Shown here one piece after another: positions 1 to 12,045 of a DNA stretch of 25,861 nt. This stretch comes from Bugula neritina (lineage: Eukaryota > Animalia > Bryozoa), in the NCBI GenBank assembly GCA_964035545.1, contig CAXIUT010000258.1, positions 1 through 25,861 on the forward strand, in the 5' to 3' direction. Positions within the stretch are counted from its first letter, which is position 1, and each line of letters starts with the position of its first letter. Made by a program: the position numbers and the translations under genes. The notes below the pieces were generated by a model, which saw only the letters and a program-made list of their open reading frames with translations, was not told where the DNA came from and made no database searches.

Positions 1-75
1 CCCAACCCCAACCCCAACCCCAACCCCAACCCCAACCCCAACCCCAACCCCAACCCCAACCCCAACCCCAACCCC
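1..75. repeat. Left telomere, (CCCCAA)n
   Basis: Perfect C4A2 tandem repeat from base 1 to 75, then abrupt AT-rich unique sequence. Same repeat unit as Tetrahymena telomeres. Confidence 0.99.
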
Positions 76-133
76 TACTATTATTATCAAATATAAGAAT
101 AAATTATGATGTAAAATATGTTTCAATATGCTA

Positions 134-2180
134 TCATTGTCTGAATCTGTTAAGTTTTCTTCTCATTTTCTAGTTCTAACCTTAAACCTCTAAAATCCTT
201 TTTTCATATTCAGCTTTCATTCTTTATTCCGCCTAATCATACTTCTCCAACATCTATACTGCCCTTAACCTTGTATCTCTTTCTTTCTTCAATGCCTCTC
301 CCAATCGTGCCTCCAAGTCAGCTATTTTAGTCTCTCTTTCATCTCCCATCTGTGCATTTCGATACTAGTTGCTTCTTTTCAACCTGGTCAATTCATTTTA
401 AAGACATTCTTTCTCATTTGTTAAAATTGATGCTCTTGATCGCTACTGAGTAAGATCTTTCATATATTGAGTGGTTAATCCTTTCTACTTTTATAGTAAT
501 CTATTGTTATTTCTATTTTAACTTTCATATTAATGCATTTTTTATTCATATTTGTTTTAAAGATCCTTTAGTGCACGTTCCTTTTGGTTTAGTATTTTAG
601 TCAAAGAATCATTTTTAGCCTCATACTACTTTAACTTACAATAATTTATGATCCGCTACTCATACGTATGTTCTCTACAAATTTCAAATTTTATTCTTTC
701 AATATTCCATTTTCTCTCTTATACTTCTAAATCTGATTTTTTAAACCTAATTAAGCCTACATAAACACAGATTATCCTTCTTATTTCTCTTCAACAATCC
801 CTCTCATCTTCTACTGATACTCACTTAACATCTTTTAGTAATTTTAACGCTGTTTTGATTGCTACTCTCGATGACGATCACTCATATTTTCGAGCAATTT
901 TTCTAATTGTTCAACTCTTAGACCTGCTTTGTCTCTTTGTAACAGAACTTATTCAAGTTTCTATTTGCTTTGATTCATTGTCTAGTGAATTGATTACTAT
1001 CGACGAGTTAAGGTGGCTATCCTTGATTAATAAACCTCACACATTCTTAGAGTTTACTCTAAATTCGATTTGATTTTTTAATTCTACCTTCTCAAAGTTC
1101 TTAATGAATCTTTATTTGTTTCTAACTCTCTTTATAAAATCATCATCTTGTTAAATGACTATTTCTCTCTTTTAGTTGAATTTTATAATTAACTCTTCAT
1201 TGAATCCATATCAATTGACAATCTTTAACCTTCTTCTCTTGATATTTTTTTATCATTAAACATTTGACTTCTAAGATTCTTTAATTCTGACTCCAACTTG
1301 CCAATCCTTATTTCCATTTAATTATTTCCACTTTATAAACTAATATTTTATTAACTTAAACGATTAACACTCTTCTACAAAAAGTCTTTTACCTTTAATA
1401 AATTATCTACACTCATCAATGCTTCCTTTAACTCTTAAGATTGACGTCTAAAAGCATCATAATATTTCTATCCATTTATCTTCTCTTCTTCTAATTCCCT
1501 TTCTAGATCAATTTCTTTGCTCTCAACCTGTCTATAAGCATCTAGAATATGCTAACTCTCCTATCGAATCAACAAACTTTTCTCATTCTACATTTCACGC
1601 ATTAGTTTTACTTTATTATGATAGTGATACTGTATGCTGTAGTCAAGTTTTATTCTGGATACCCTCGATGATATATTTCTAATATCTTTTTACATTTGTT
1701 TCTGTTCTACTAGATCAGATATTCCTTCTCCCTGATAAATGATTATGCCTTTTTCTCAGCATCTTATAATTGAGAATATAACATAGCTATCTATATAGTT
1801 GTACTTGTACCATCTTTTTCTGTTTGAGTATTGTTTCATCATAAGATACCAACAAATTATCAAGATACTGTAGTTGTCCTAACTACGCATGATAAGTCAC
1901 AGATATATCACCTATTTTTTATAACTATCTCAAAACTGCAAAAGAATCTATTCCTAACTTTTTTTGAGAAACAGATAACTCATAACCAAGTCGTGTATCT
2001 ATATGTTTACATGTGTACTAACTTGATGTAGGATAGTGATTTATTAATTTTTGTTATTGATGATTTCTATTAGTTCTTTTTAGGATTGTTTTCTGTCGAA
2101 TTGCTAACCTGCCCGACGACTACCTCCAAGGTCGAGGATAGTTTCTTTATCGTCTATGTTTTGAATTATGTACTTCGCAT
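134..2180 (-). CDS. ~668 aa coiled-coil protein, SCLT1/SDCCAG8-like centriole or basal-body candidate
   Basis: With TAR=Glu, ATG at 2180 reads to TGA at 136-134 after removing a 20-nt intron at 1611-1630 and a second, less certain 20-nt intron at 620-639 (2007 nt spliced). Long heptad E/K/L-rich sequence. Segments YLDNLLVSYDETI and SKEKLEEVLLQRDKA resemble SCLT1 as recalled. The CDS is solid; the family call is tentative. Confidence 0.75.
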
Positions 2181-2471
2181 GAGGTTTAAATTATATCGAT
2201 TATTACGTTAAATTCGACATCAAACTCATCAATAACCAATCATTAATTAATATTTTGATATTTAAACCTTAAATTGAATCAAAAGACAACAATATTGATA
2301 TCCTTGTTAAATTGATATTATTTTTTTCAGAAGAATATACCTTTCTTAAAAACTAAATCAAAGGTTATTTCAAAATAATTGATCTCTTCAATATCTTTAT
2401 TATCTTTGAATTGTTCTTAAATATTATTTATTTAAAATGAATAATGGAGATGATCTATTGTTTGTTTTCAA

Positions 2472-2687
2472 TCAGTATTTGGTATCAAAGAATCCAGTAA
2501 TACCTCGTCCAATATTTCCCAAAAATTAATGAAATTATTCTTCGGTATTGAATCTGTTTCTTTGGTTGAGAGTGGTATTGTAATTTCGAACATGTTTCCA
2601 TATCTTTTGATCAAAATGATGTCTGAAGGGAGGAACTATATAGATTGTTCCACAAACTATCGCTGTTATCTTAGCTATTTTTCCCAT
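2472..2687 (-). CDS. 71 aa small hypothetical protein with hydrophobic N-terminal segment
   Basis: MGKIAKITAIVCGTIYIVPPFRHHFDQKIW...FNTEEEFHEFLGNIGRGITGFFDTKY-TGA. A 21-nt GTA...TATTAAG intron-like sequence (2688-2708) directly abuts the ATG. Confidence 0.7.
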
Positions 2688-3103
2688 CTTAATAAGAAGA
2701 GTATGTACCTTAGTTGATTTATTTATTATGATTGATAATTATCATATTTGGATGCATTGATTGTTATTTATATAGGGAATTGAAAATTCAGTCTATTACA
2801 TGATAAGGAAAGGTAATTTGATAAAAAATAGCAAGCTCTGAAGGTTATTTGGTTCGTATCAGTCAAATCACCTCGAGGGCTCACAAACTACTTTGAATGG
2901 ACAACTACAAATAATCTACTAAAGTATTCATCTTATCATCTATTTTGATCACAATGAATATTTCTATTTTTTCTTATGCTGTAATTTAAAGAAATTCTGA
3001 AAGTTTTTAACTTAAGTATGATATTTAATACAATACTATTTTGTCTTATATTTTTTTAATAGGTGCTTCCTTGAATTTAGAAATGCATAAATGTTCTAGA
3101 ATA

Positions 3104-3793
3104 TCAAGTCCTTTTGAGAAATTTCCTCAAAAAGCGGCTACCTGCTTTTATGTAAACTATTTTTTCTTTCTTCTTGAGTTTTCCCATCATCGAAACCACC
3201 ATTTTGAATTCCACTCTCATAAATCTTTCAAAAATAACCCTGAAAACTCTTGATTCTTCTTCAGGAAGTAGTCCATTTTGACACATAGACTGAATTGTTC
3301 GAGGTCTGACATAGTTTGGGTTAACTTTGATATGTTTTTGGATCTCCTTTATGCAGTTTTTGAATTTTCTTTGATTCTCTTCAGAATTAGCCCCAAAAAG
3401 TCTCCAGAGTTAAGAGTGCTGATAGACGAAGGAAATGAACAGTTTAAAGATGTTGGAAGGTAGATTTCTATCTTTTTTTTGCCTTTTCTTATCAAAGCTG
3501 TCTTATCTATCCTAAATTTAGAAATAAGTTACTCTTTTCTTAAAATGAAAGGGTTTAAGTTTAGATTTTGTTATCTTCTAAATAATCTAAGAAGGAACTT
3601 GTTTATCCTTTCCTTAATCATTTTCTTGAGAAGTCTCGATCTTCGAGTTTTGAAGAACTTCTGTCTTCTCAATTTTATTTTGAAAAATATTGTGATAAGA
3701 GCTAGGAATGGGATAGGGAGGAGCAAAGACTGGCCATGAACTATTAAAGAAGGGATAGCTGAAGGAAATACAAGTGAGTTAAGAATTCCACAT
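3104..3793 (-). CDS. 229 aa hypothetical basic protein, paralog A
   Basis: Open 690 nt from ATG 3793 to TGA 3106-3104. Collinear, same length and frame as the paralog at 5869-6558, with many synonymous differences. Conserved C-terminal block DRNLPSNIFKLFISFV...FRVIFERFM. Confidence 0.85.
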
Positions 3794-3865
3794 TTAATAT
3801 ATTATAATCAATTGACGAGTAAAGCGTATAAAACCCAGAAAATCTCTTGCTTTTTGGGTTTTATA
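3794..3865 (-). promoter_or_regulatory. Conserved upstream block with inverted repeat (paralog A); copy at 6559-6628
   Basis: About 50 nt immediately 5' of the ATG is identical in both diverged copies, followed by arms TATAAAACCCA / TGGGTTTTATA (3827-3865). Function is inferred. Confidence 0.45.
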
Positions 3866-4483
3866 AAGGAAATAATTGGTTAACTATGATAATATTAAAA
3901 GTTCTATCTGTTCAGAGTATGAGAAGAATTAAATATTTGATTTTTTTATATTTTCTTTCATGAATTCGTGATGAAAAAAATATGAGTAAACATCAATTAA
4001 TATTGTTATCTTCTGAGAAGATATTTATTCAAAATTATTATTATATTTGAAAACACTCTTATTTAAAGTTCTTTTATTAGTTTAAATGCTTTTCTTATGA
4101 CCCCCTCATAATTTTATTATATAGTCCATCTCGAAATAAAACATAAAATGTAATATTTTTAGCTATATTTATCTCAATCTTTTAGTTTCAATGGCTATTC
4201 ATCTTTAAAAGAATTTTAGTTTATGATAAAATAGTTATCTACAGCTTATAAAGTTTATCATGAGTTTTTCATCGTAATAAAATTTAATTAATAAATATAA
4301 CAAAGTTAATATCAATAAACTGAACTTTCTCTATAAGTTCTACTGTGACTCTGATGACTGACATTTCAAAGAATATTATTTGTAGAACCCTTAAGACTTT
4401 CAAAACTTTGAAAGGTTATTTCGTATTATATAAAATTTAATTTAATATTTGTGATTTAATTAATCAAGTATAATCATACTTGT

Positions 4484-4849
4484 ATGAGTATTCCAGCTAG
4501 ATAGGCTCTTAAACTCATAGCTAAGAACGCAAACAATCCTAAGTTTTTGCTGCTTGATGTGCGTACTCTTCCAGAACGTCAAGCTCTTTCCATTCCTAAC
4601 TCAGAACATATCCCATTGGATCAAATTCAAAAGTCTTTAAACTCTCTATCGAAGGACACGACTTACTTGATCTACTGCAGAAGTGGACGTCGCAGTTTAG
4701 ACGCTACCAGCATTCTGAAACAACAAGGATTCGAGGCTATAAACATGGAAGGAGGGATCATCGAATGGTAAAATCTAACGTCTGCCTAGAATTCCAAGAC
4801 AGAAAAAGAAAATAAGAAGGAATCTCAGTCATGGTGCAACATTATTTGA
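4484..4849 (+). CDS. Single-domain rhodanese (sulfurtransferase) with C-terminal CaaX box, 121 aa, copy 1
   Basis: LLDVRT, active-site loop YCRSGRRS, NMEGGIIEW. Reading through TAG/TAA gives N-terminus MSIPAREALKLI and C-terminus ...SWCNII-TGA. Confidence 0.93.
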
Positions 4850-5133
4850 TAACAGTTGTTGCTTCTAGATAAAACACCAGTTTTTGATAATCGAAACTTG
4901 AATTTACATTTCTCTTTAATAAAATTTACAACACAATATTTAATAATCTCTTAACAAGTTCAGCAGTCTTAGAGTCTTTGAAATTTTAAGAAGAAAAGAT
5001 GTTGTTTATCCTTTTCTATTGGAAATTCAAAATAAATTCAAAATCATTACAAAAGTATTCAAAAGTATTCAAACTCTTATCCTAAAGTATTCCATCTTTA
5101 AATCTACATTCTTTCCATTCCTTTTAGAAATTA

Positions 5134-5711
5134 ATGAAGATCTTCAAACCTCTCCTTGCACTACTCCTCATCTTCCCTCTAGTCTTATCTCTTAGTCCAG
5201 TACCTATCTATCTATTTAGACTACACCTATCTTCCAAACTAAACTCAAAGGACCTTTTAACTGCTAGGTCAAAGCCTATGGAAACTTCGACATAGAAAAA
5301 CCTATCTGGAAGTAAGACTAAGATGAACTAAACCAAGCTCAGAAAGCAATAGACTAGATGATTTCCCACTATCATCGCTCTAACTTTCCAAGAGGTCCTA
5401 CCTACTCACTTGAGTTCTATCGAGATAGTTCTCTTAACACTGTTGCCTACATCTTCTACAAGCAAAAAGACACCAAAATTACTAAATACTATTCTCTCAA
5501 GATAGAAGACGGACCATACAAAGATAAAACTTACTTCATGGGTCATGAAGAGACAGCAGGAGTAAGACCAGGTCATGAAATGCCATTGATGAACTATAAA
5601 TATCTCTTTCTTGAAAGGATAATATCAGATACTTTACGAGATGCACTACCTATTTTGAATAGACAAAAAAAAAACATTCTACGAAGGTATTTATCTAATT
5701 ATCTCTTCTGA
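5134..5711 (+). CDS. Truncated, chimeric copy of the large secreted protein (~185 aa); possibly a pseudogene
   Basis: Matches 7884-8357 up to 5607 (signal peptide, 20-nt intron 5200-5219), then runs about 34 codons into unrelated sequence and stops at TGA 5709-5711. Confidence 0.65.
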
Positions 5712-5868
5712 TCATAATGATTATTTATATATTTTCTTTTTATGTAGTAATTTCAAGTTATCCTGAAAGCTTTAACTGAAGATTTGTAGTCAATTGAATA
5801 CTATCTTCCTTATATTTTTTAAATAGGTAATCCCTTGAAATTTATAAATGCATAAATATTCTTGAATA

Positions 5869-6558
5869 TCAAGTCTTTTTGAGAAATTATCTCAAAAAAC
5901 TGTTACCTGCCTTTAAATAGACCATTCTATCCTTTCTTTTGATCTTTGCCATCATCGAAACTATCATTTTAAACTCCACAGTCATAAATCTTTCAAATAT
6001 AATCCTGAAAACCCTTGATTCTTCTTTAGAAAGCAATTCATTTTGGCACATAGATTGAATCATCCGAGGTCTGACGTAGTTCGGGTTAACTTTGATATGT
6101 TTCTGGATCTCCTTTATGCAGTTTTTGAATTTTCTTCGATTCTCCTCAGACTTAACTCCAAAGAGTTTCCAAGGCTAGGAATGCTGGTAGACAAAGGAGA
6201 TGAACAGTTTGAAGATGTTGGAAGGGATGTTTCTGTCTTTTTTTTGTTTTTTCTTTCCAAAGCTATCTTATCTATCCTAAATTTAGAAATAAGTTACTCT
6301 TTTCTTATAATGAAAGGGTTTATGTTTTTATTTGCCTATCTTTTAGACAGTCTATGGTTAACCTTTTTTATCCTTTCCAAATTCATTTTATCGATAAATC
6401 TCGATCTTCGACTTCTGAATAACTTCTGTTTTCTCAATCTTATTTTTAAAAATATTGTGATAAGAGCCAAGAATGGGGTAGGGAGGAGCAAAGACTGGCC
6501 ATGGACCATTACTAAAGGGATAACTTAAGGGAATACAGGATAGTTGCGAATTCCACAT
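5869..6558 (-). CDS. 229 aa hypothetical basic protein, paralog B
   Basis: Open 690 nt from ATG 6558 to TGA 5871-5869; aligns codon-for-codon with 3104-3793. Confidence 0.85.
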
Positions 6559-7233
6559 TTAATATATTATAATCAATTGACGAGTAAAGCGTATAAAACC
6601 CAGAAAATATATTCTTTTCTGGTTTTATGAATTAAATAGATGGTTAAAAATGATCATACTGAAAAATTCCATCTTTGCTGAGAACGAGAACTTTGAAAGT
6701 TTGTCTTGCTTTAAATATTCTTAAGTAATTGTTTTGAAGAATTTATTTTTTAAGATAACTTAATAATGTCCTCTTCATAACAGATATTCTTTCAAAATTC
6801 TTGATATCTAACTTTATTTAAGAATAATTCTTTTATTAGTTTCAATGCTTTTGCAATGACCCCTCATAATTTGATTATAAAGTTCTTCCTCAAATAAAAA
6901 AAAATGCGATTTTTTTTATCAGAAATCATCTAATACTCTTAGTTTTATGAATTCTTCATCACCAAAAGAATTTTAGTTAATGATAAAACTGTTATCTGCT
7001 ATCTTAAAAAGTTAGTCATGAATTTTTTACCATAATAAAATCATAAATATATAAATAAAGTCAATATCAATAAACTAGAACATTACTATGAGTGCCACTA
7101 TGACTCTAATGACTAATATTTCAAATATTATTATTTATAGAACTCTTAAGACTTTCAAAAGTAGTTAATATCTGATTATCATAAAGTTAAATAAATATCT
7201 GAGATTTAATTAATCAAGTATAATCATACTTGT

Positions 7234-7599
7234 ATGAGTATTCCAGCTAGATAGGCTCTTAAACTCATAGCTAAGAACGCAAACAATCCTAAGTTTTTGC
7301 TGCTTGATGTGCGTACTCTTCCAGAACGTCAAGCTCTTTCCATTCCTAACTCAGAACATATCCCATTGGATCAAATTCAAAAGTCTTTAAACTCTCTATC
7401 GAAGGACACGACTTACTTGATCTACTGCAGAAGTGGACGTCGCAGTTTAGACGCTACCAGCATTCTGAAACAACAAGGATTCGAGGCTATAAACATGGAA
7501 GGAGGGATCATCGAATGGTAAAATCTAACGTCTGCCTAGAATTCCAAGACAGAAAAAGAAAATAAGAAGGAATCTCAGTCATGGTGCAACATTATTTGA
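7234..7599 (+). CDS. Single-domain rhodanese with C-terminal CaaX box, 121 aa, copy 2
   Basis: Appears identical to 4484-4849 at offset 2750. Confidence 0.93.
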
Positions 7600-7883
7600 T
7601 AACAGTTGTTGCTTCTAGATAAAACACCAGTTTTTGATAATCGAAACTTGAATTTACATTTCTCTTTAATAAAATTTACAACACAATATTTAATAATCTC
7701 TTAACAAGTTCAGCAGTCTTAGAGTCTTTGAAATTTTAAGAAGAAAAGATGTTGTTTATCCTTTTCTATTGGAAATTCAAAATAAATTCAAAATCATTAC
7801 AAAAGTATTCAAAAGTATTCAAACTCTTATCCTAAAGTATTCCATCTTTAAATCTACATTCTTTCCATTCCTTTTAGAAATTA

Positions 7884-10800
7884 ATGAAGATCTTCAAACC
7901 TCTCCTTGCACTACTCCTCATCTTCCCTCTAGTCTTATCTCTTAGTCCAGTACCTATCTATCTATTTAGACTACACCTATCTTCCAAACTAAACTCAAAG
8001 GACCTTTTAACTGCTAGGTCAAAGCCTATGGAAACTTCGACATAGAAAAACCTATCTGGAAGTAAGACTAAGATGAACTAAACCAAGCTCAGAAAGCAAT
8101 AGACTAGATGATTTCCCACTATCATCGCTCTAACTTTCCAAGAGGTCCTACCTACTCACTTGAGTTCTATCGAGATAGTTCTCTTAACACTGTTGCCTAC
8201 ATCTTCTACAAGCAAAAAGACACCAAAATTACTAAATACTATTCTCTCAAGATAGAAGACGGACCATACAAAGATAAAACTTACTTCATGGGTCATGAAG
8301 AGACAGCAGGAGTAAGACCAGGTCATTAAATGCCATTGATGAACTACAAATATCTCTCTACTGAAAAAAATCATTCCTTCAGTAACTATCTTTTAGCTCA
8401 AGCCAGTGGAAGCAGTAGAATCGTTTATTCTCCTTCAGATATTTTGGAAATCAAGTCATGGACATTTCCTAATAGTGAACTCTACCTTCTCAAATGCAAA
8501 AATCCAAACGCATCATCAACTTATTTCACTCTTTTGCACGTAGATAAAATTTACACTTTATTGGACTATACTAACTTACCTCCCATGAAATGCCCATAGA
8601 AATTTGACTACTTATACTTCAACTTCTACATCAAAAAGTTCATGAACGCCCTCTATCATTTCAGACCCTTCAAATCTCAAAAATCAATTCAACACATCGT
8701 TTTTTGTTAGATGTTTATAGATCCTTTATACTAAGACGGCATTCACATCATGGTCGTGTTAAATTTGCATTTAGAGAGAAGAATATCAGCCAAAAAATAT
8801 AGCAGAAATATGGGAATTTTATGGAATACCATTGGACATGCCAGATATTCTATTCGGTATCTACCAATTCAAGGATGTTCATTATTAGATTAATTTAAAT
8901 ACAACAAACCTGAAGAAAATAAATTCCATAATCAGTCATATTTCAACAATAACTAATATGACTAACGAATCGGCAATGGAACCAGCGACTAGAAACAGTA
9001 AAAATTACTAAATAGAAGTTTAGCGCTAATTTTCAAATAAAATTAAGGATTCAAAAAAATATATCATGTTGATTACCCACTATTCCGAATCTTTTCATGT
9101 GAAACACATTACAGATCAAGAATTTATCATCATTACTTGAGATTTGATCACAGGTATCCGACTCACAGAGGTCTACGCATCTGGATGAGAGTTCTTCTCA
9201 CTTCTCAATCTTTCAACCCCTTTACCTAGAATAACTACTCTCAAGCTATTGCTAAACAAAATTAATATCAACTGGAATACTATTTGGCTAATGGAACTGA
9301 TTAATATATAAGGAACCTTCATGTAGTTTTCCATCAATATTGTCCCATTTTCGGAGGAGAGTTCTAGCTAGAATTTGCCTATAAAGTAAAGTTAAGCAGG
9401 TAAGTATGCTTCATTAAAAGAAGTTTTATAAAAGATATTTTAAACAAGAAAACTTTCTATATAGGAGATTCAGATGTAAAGAGAAAAGATACCAACCAAG
9501 TTAGAAGTTAGTCACTTCATAGATGTTTTGTCGAGCCAATATGTAACAAAATAACCGAAAGAGGACTATCTAATAACTAAATAGTTGATTTTATCAATAA
9601 AAATAGAAATCTGTTAAAAGATGCTAAAGATGTAAGTTTATAGAGATAAAATATCAAAGATATTGTTAAAATTGATCTGGATGTTGTTTAGTTAGCCGAT
9701 ATGTGGATTGTTTGGACTGAGAAAGATGGAATCAAAGGGAAGTTTATTGTTAGTTTGGATTAGAGAGATAGATATTTAGTTTTGGGCTATTAAGAAAAGA
9801 AATTAGAATAAAATAATTAAAATAATTAGAATAGTAGTAATGAGGGTAATAATAATTAAAATAATGGAAATAATCAATAAAATGGAAATAATAACAATAA
9901 CAATAATAATAACAATAATAATAATAATAATAACAATAAACCTCCACTAATCGGTTCTAATTCAGGCAAAACAGACCCAAATATAATTCCATCATATACT
10001 CTTACTGGCAACAATGATTTACAAAAATCCTAAATAGATAAATTTTATCCCTACCTTTTAAACCAAATCCTACAAAACGTCCAAAACCCATGCTCCCAAA
10101 TACAAAAAATCCAATACTACATCGACCCACTAAACAAGTTAATAGCCTTCATGCTTAACTGTCCCTCAAGAAATACCATCTACTAGCTAATTTACCTCCA
10201 ATAAACAAAAAAATATCACTACATGGGATCAAAAATACAATCAATCCTTCCCGATCAATATTGGCAAGTTCAACCTGTTCTAGCCAGTAATGGATTGGTT
10301 AGTTTTATTCGAGAGGAGATTAAAAATGTAGTTGGTGATATGGCTTCTTTGGGGGAGATCTTGTTTACGAGTAGAATTAGGTTTGTTAAGGGGTAATTTG
10401 CTTTTGTTGGGTTTTCACTTACAGATAATAGTAATTTACAAGGGGAATTTTTAATGATTGATAATAAGTGGAATAAAATTAGTCTTAATATTGTTTCAGT
10501 AGGAAAGAATGGAAATAATCAAGGTATTGGAAATAGTCAAGGTATTGGAAACAATCAAGGTATTGGAAATAATGGAAATAATAACAACCTAGATGGCAAT
10601 TTTGGAAACAATCTAGGTGGAAATTTTGGAAACAATCAAGGTTCTTCTAAATATGGAGGAATATTCACCTTATTCCCAAAACCATCTCCTCCAAAACTAG
10701 TATACAAAATCATGAATCCTAACTAAGTTCGATCAGACCCTTATCTCCTTCAAATATACCAATTACTTGTTCCTAATCTCCCATCATATCTGACAAAATT

Positions 10801-11239
10801 GAACATAAACTAGGTCTAAAAAGCAACATTCTCTAACAAAACCATAGTCTACCGCATCTACTACGGCCCATCTCCTTCCAACAGTCAATACTACCTCTCA
10901 ATCTTCTTCGATCCAAAAATAAACCAAGTAATTAACCTTGAAGTAAAATAATTCAAAAAACCTTCAATTCCTTCAATTCCTAACTTACCACATCAACCAT
11001 CTATCTGCTAGCCTCCTTAAACAAAAAATCTAATTAAGAGGATTTTTACTTAATGGGTGTTTAAGAGACATGAAGAGTTGAGAGGGAGTCAACCTACATC
11101 AATGAAGATGACAATATCTGGAAGAAGAGCTGTATGCATGATGACCTTTGTTACTGATGATAACAGACAATTTTCAGCTCAATTGGAAATGAATATGGAG
11201 AACAATGAGGTCAGGGAGTTGTCATTCAGACAGGATTGA
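7884..11239 (+). CDS. ~1111 aa secreted or surface protein with Asn/Gly-rich linkers
   Basis: Signal peptide MKIFKPLLALLLIFPLVLSLS, 20-nt intron 7950-7969, then one frame with no TGA until 11237-11239. Joins supplied ORFs 8108, 8330, 10454 and 11057. Poly-Asn near 9890-9937; NQGIGN and LxGNFGNN repeats near 10516-10636. Confidence 0.88.
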
Positions 11240-11432
11240 GATGATTCATCACTTTTTATAAATATTAAATCTCATAGTATTAATATTGTCTATCAGTTGA
11301 TAGAATAGATAGAATAGCTATATTTTTATTTTAGTATAAATACTCTTTGTCTTTAAATAAAAATCTTGAATAAATTATTTTAGCATCTCTTTAACACTTC
11401 CTTTATATAATATGTTAAGCTGATAAAAATTA

Positions 11433-11951
11433 ATGACAGAACGCAGCCTTCATAGCTCCCAAACCACTTCAAAGCAATGCCGAATTTGTCTAGACAACAC
11501 CAACATATCTGATTTCGTAACACCATGCGACTGCCGAGGATCAATCTAGCACGTCCATCTAACCTGTCTCACCGAATACTTCACCCACAAATTCAAAAAC
11601 ACCTCCTCATCACTCGAACGCCGACGCATGAGATAATCAATATCCTGCTAAATTTGCCACTCCTAAATGCCAAACCTAAAAATCCAATCCTCAAAAAAAT
11701 GCGCCTCATGCGAATAACTAAACAAAAGAGTAGAAGGCGAAGATGTCTTCTTCCTTGTGGTATATATTATCCTCTATATTGGATTTCATGCGGTAGGAAT
11801 AATACTTATTATGCAAGGATAGACCATATCATATGTAATCGGCAGTTTATGGTTATTACTATCAACGATTGCTTTCAATTATGGGTTGTATAAAATAGTC
11901 AAATAGATTTGCTTTGTCAGAGAGGCGCAAGTTAGCTATAACGGCAGGTGA
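11433..11951 (+). CDS. RING-CH (MARCH-type) membrane E3 ubiquitin ligase, 172 aa
   Basis: CRICLD...TPCDCRGSIEHVHLTCL...CEIC (C4HC3 RINGv) followed by two hydrophobic transmembrane segments; TGA 11949-11951. Confidence 0.92.
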
Positions 11952-12045
11952 TAATTTATCTTAATTTATTGTTTTTTTATTAGATTTTCTAATAAGATCA
12001 AGATTGATATAATTATGAGAAGGCCATAATATCATAATAATACAA

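Larger units (their letters stand above)
2840..8357. repeat. Tandem segmental duplication, ~2.75 kb unit (~2840-5607 and ~5610-8357)
   Basis: Gene order (paralog A/B, spacer, rhodanese, secreted-protein 5' end) repeats. 4453-5607 vs 7203-8357 is near-identical; the rest is visibly diverged. Left boundary is approximate. Confidence 0.92.

Noticed and set aside
76-133. Shared subtelomeric breakage motif with the right end (25694-25768)
   Set aside because: Only short AT-rich coincidences (TAC, ATATAA); two ends are too few to support a motif.
3870-4450. Possible gene in the spacer between paralog A and rhodanese (copy at ~6630-7200)
   Set aside because: Open stretches exist, as expected with a single stop codon, but frames and starts are not shared between the copies. 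A decayed pseudogene cannot be excluded.
5023-5073. Short TTCAAA / CAAAAGTATT repeats upstream of the secreted-protein gene
   Set aside because: Low-complexity AT-rich; their presence in both copies reflects the near-identical duplication and is not independent evidence of function.
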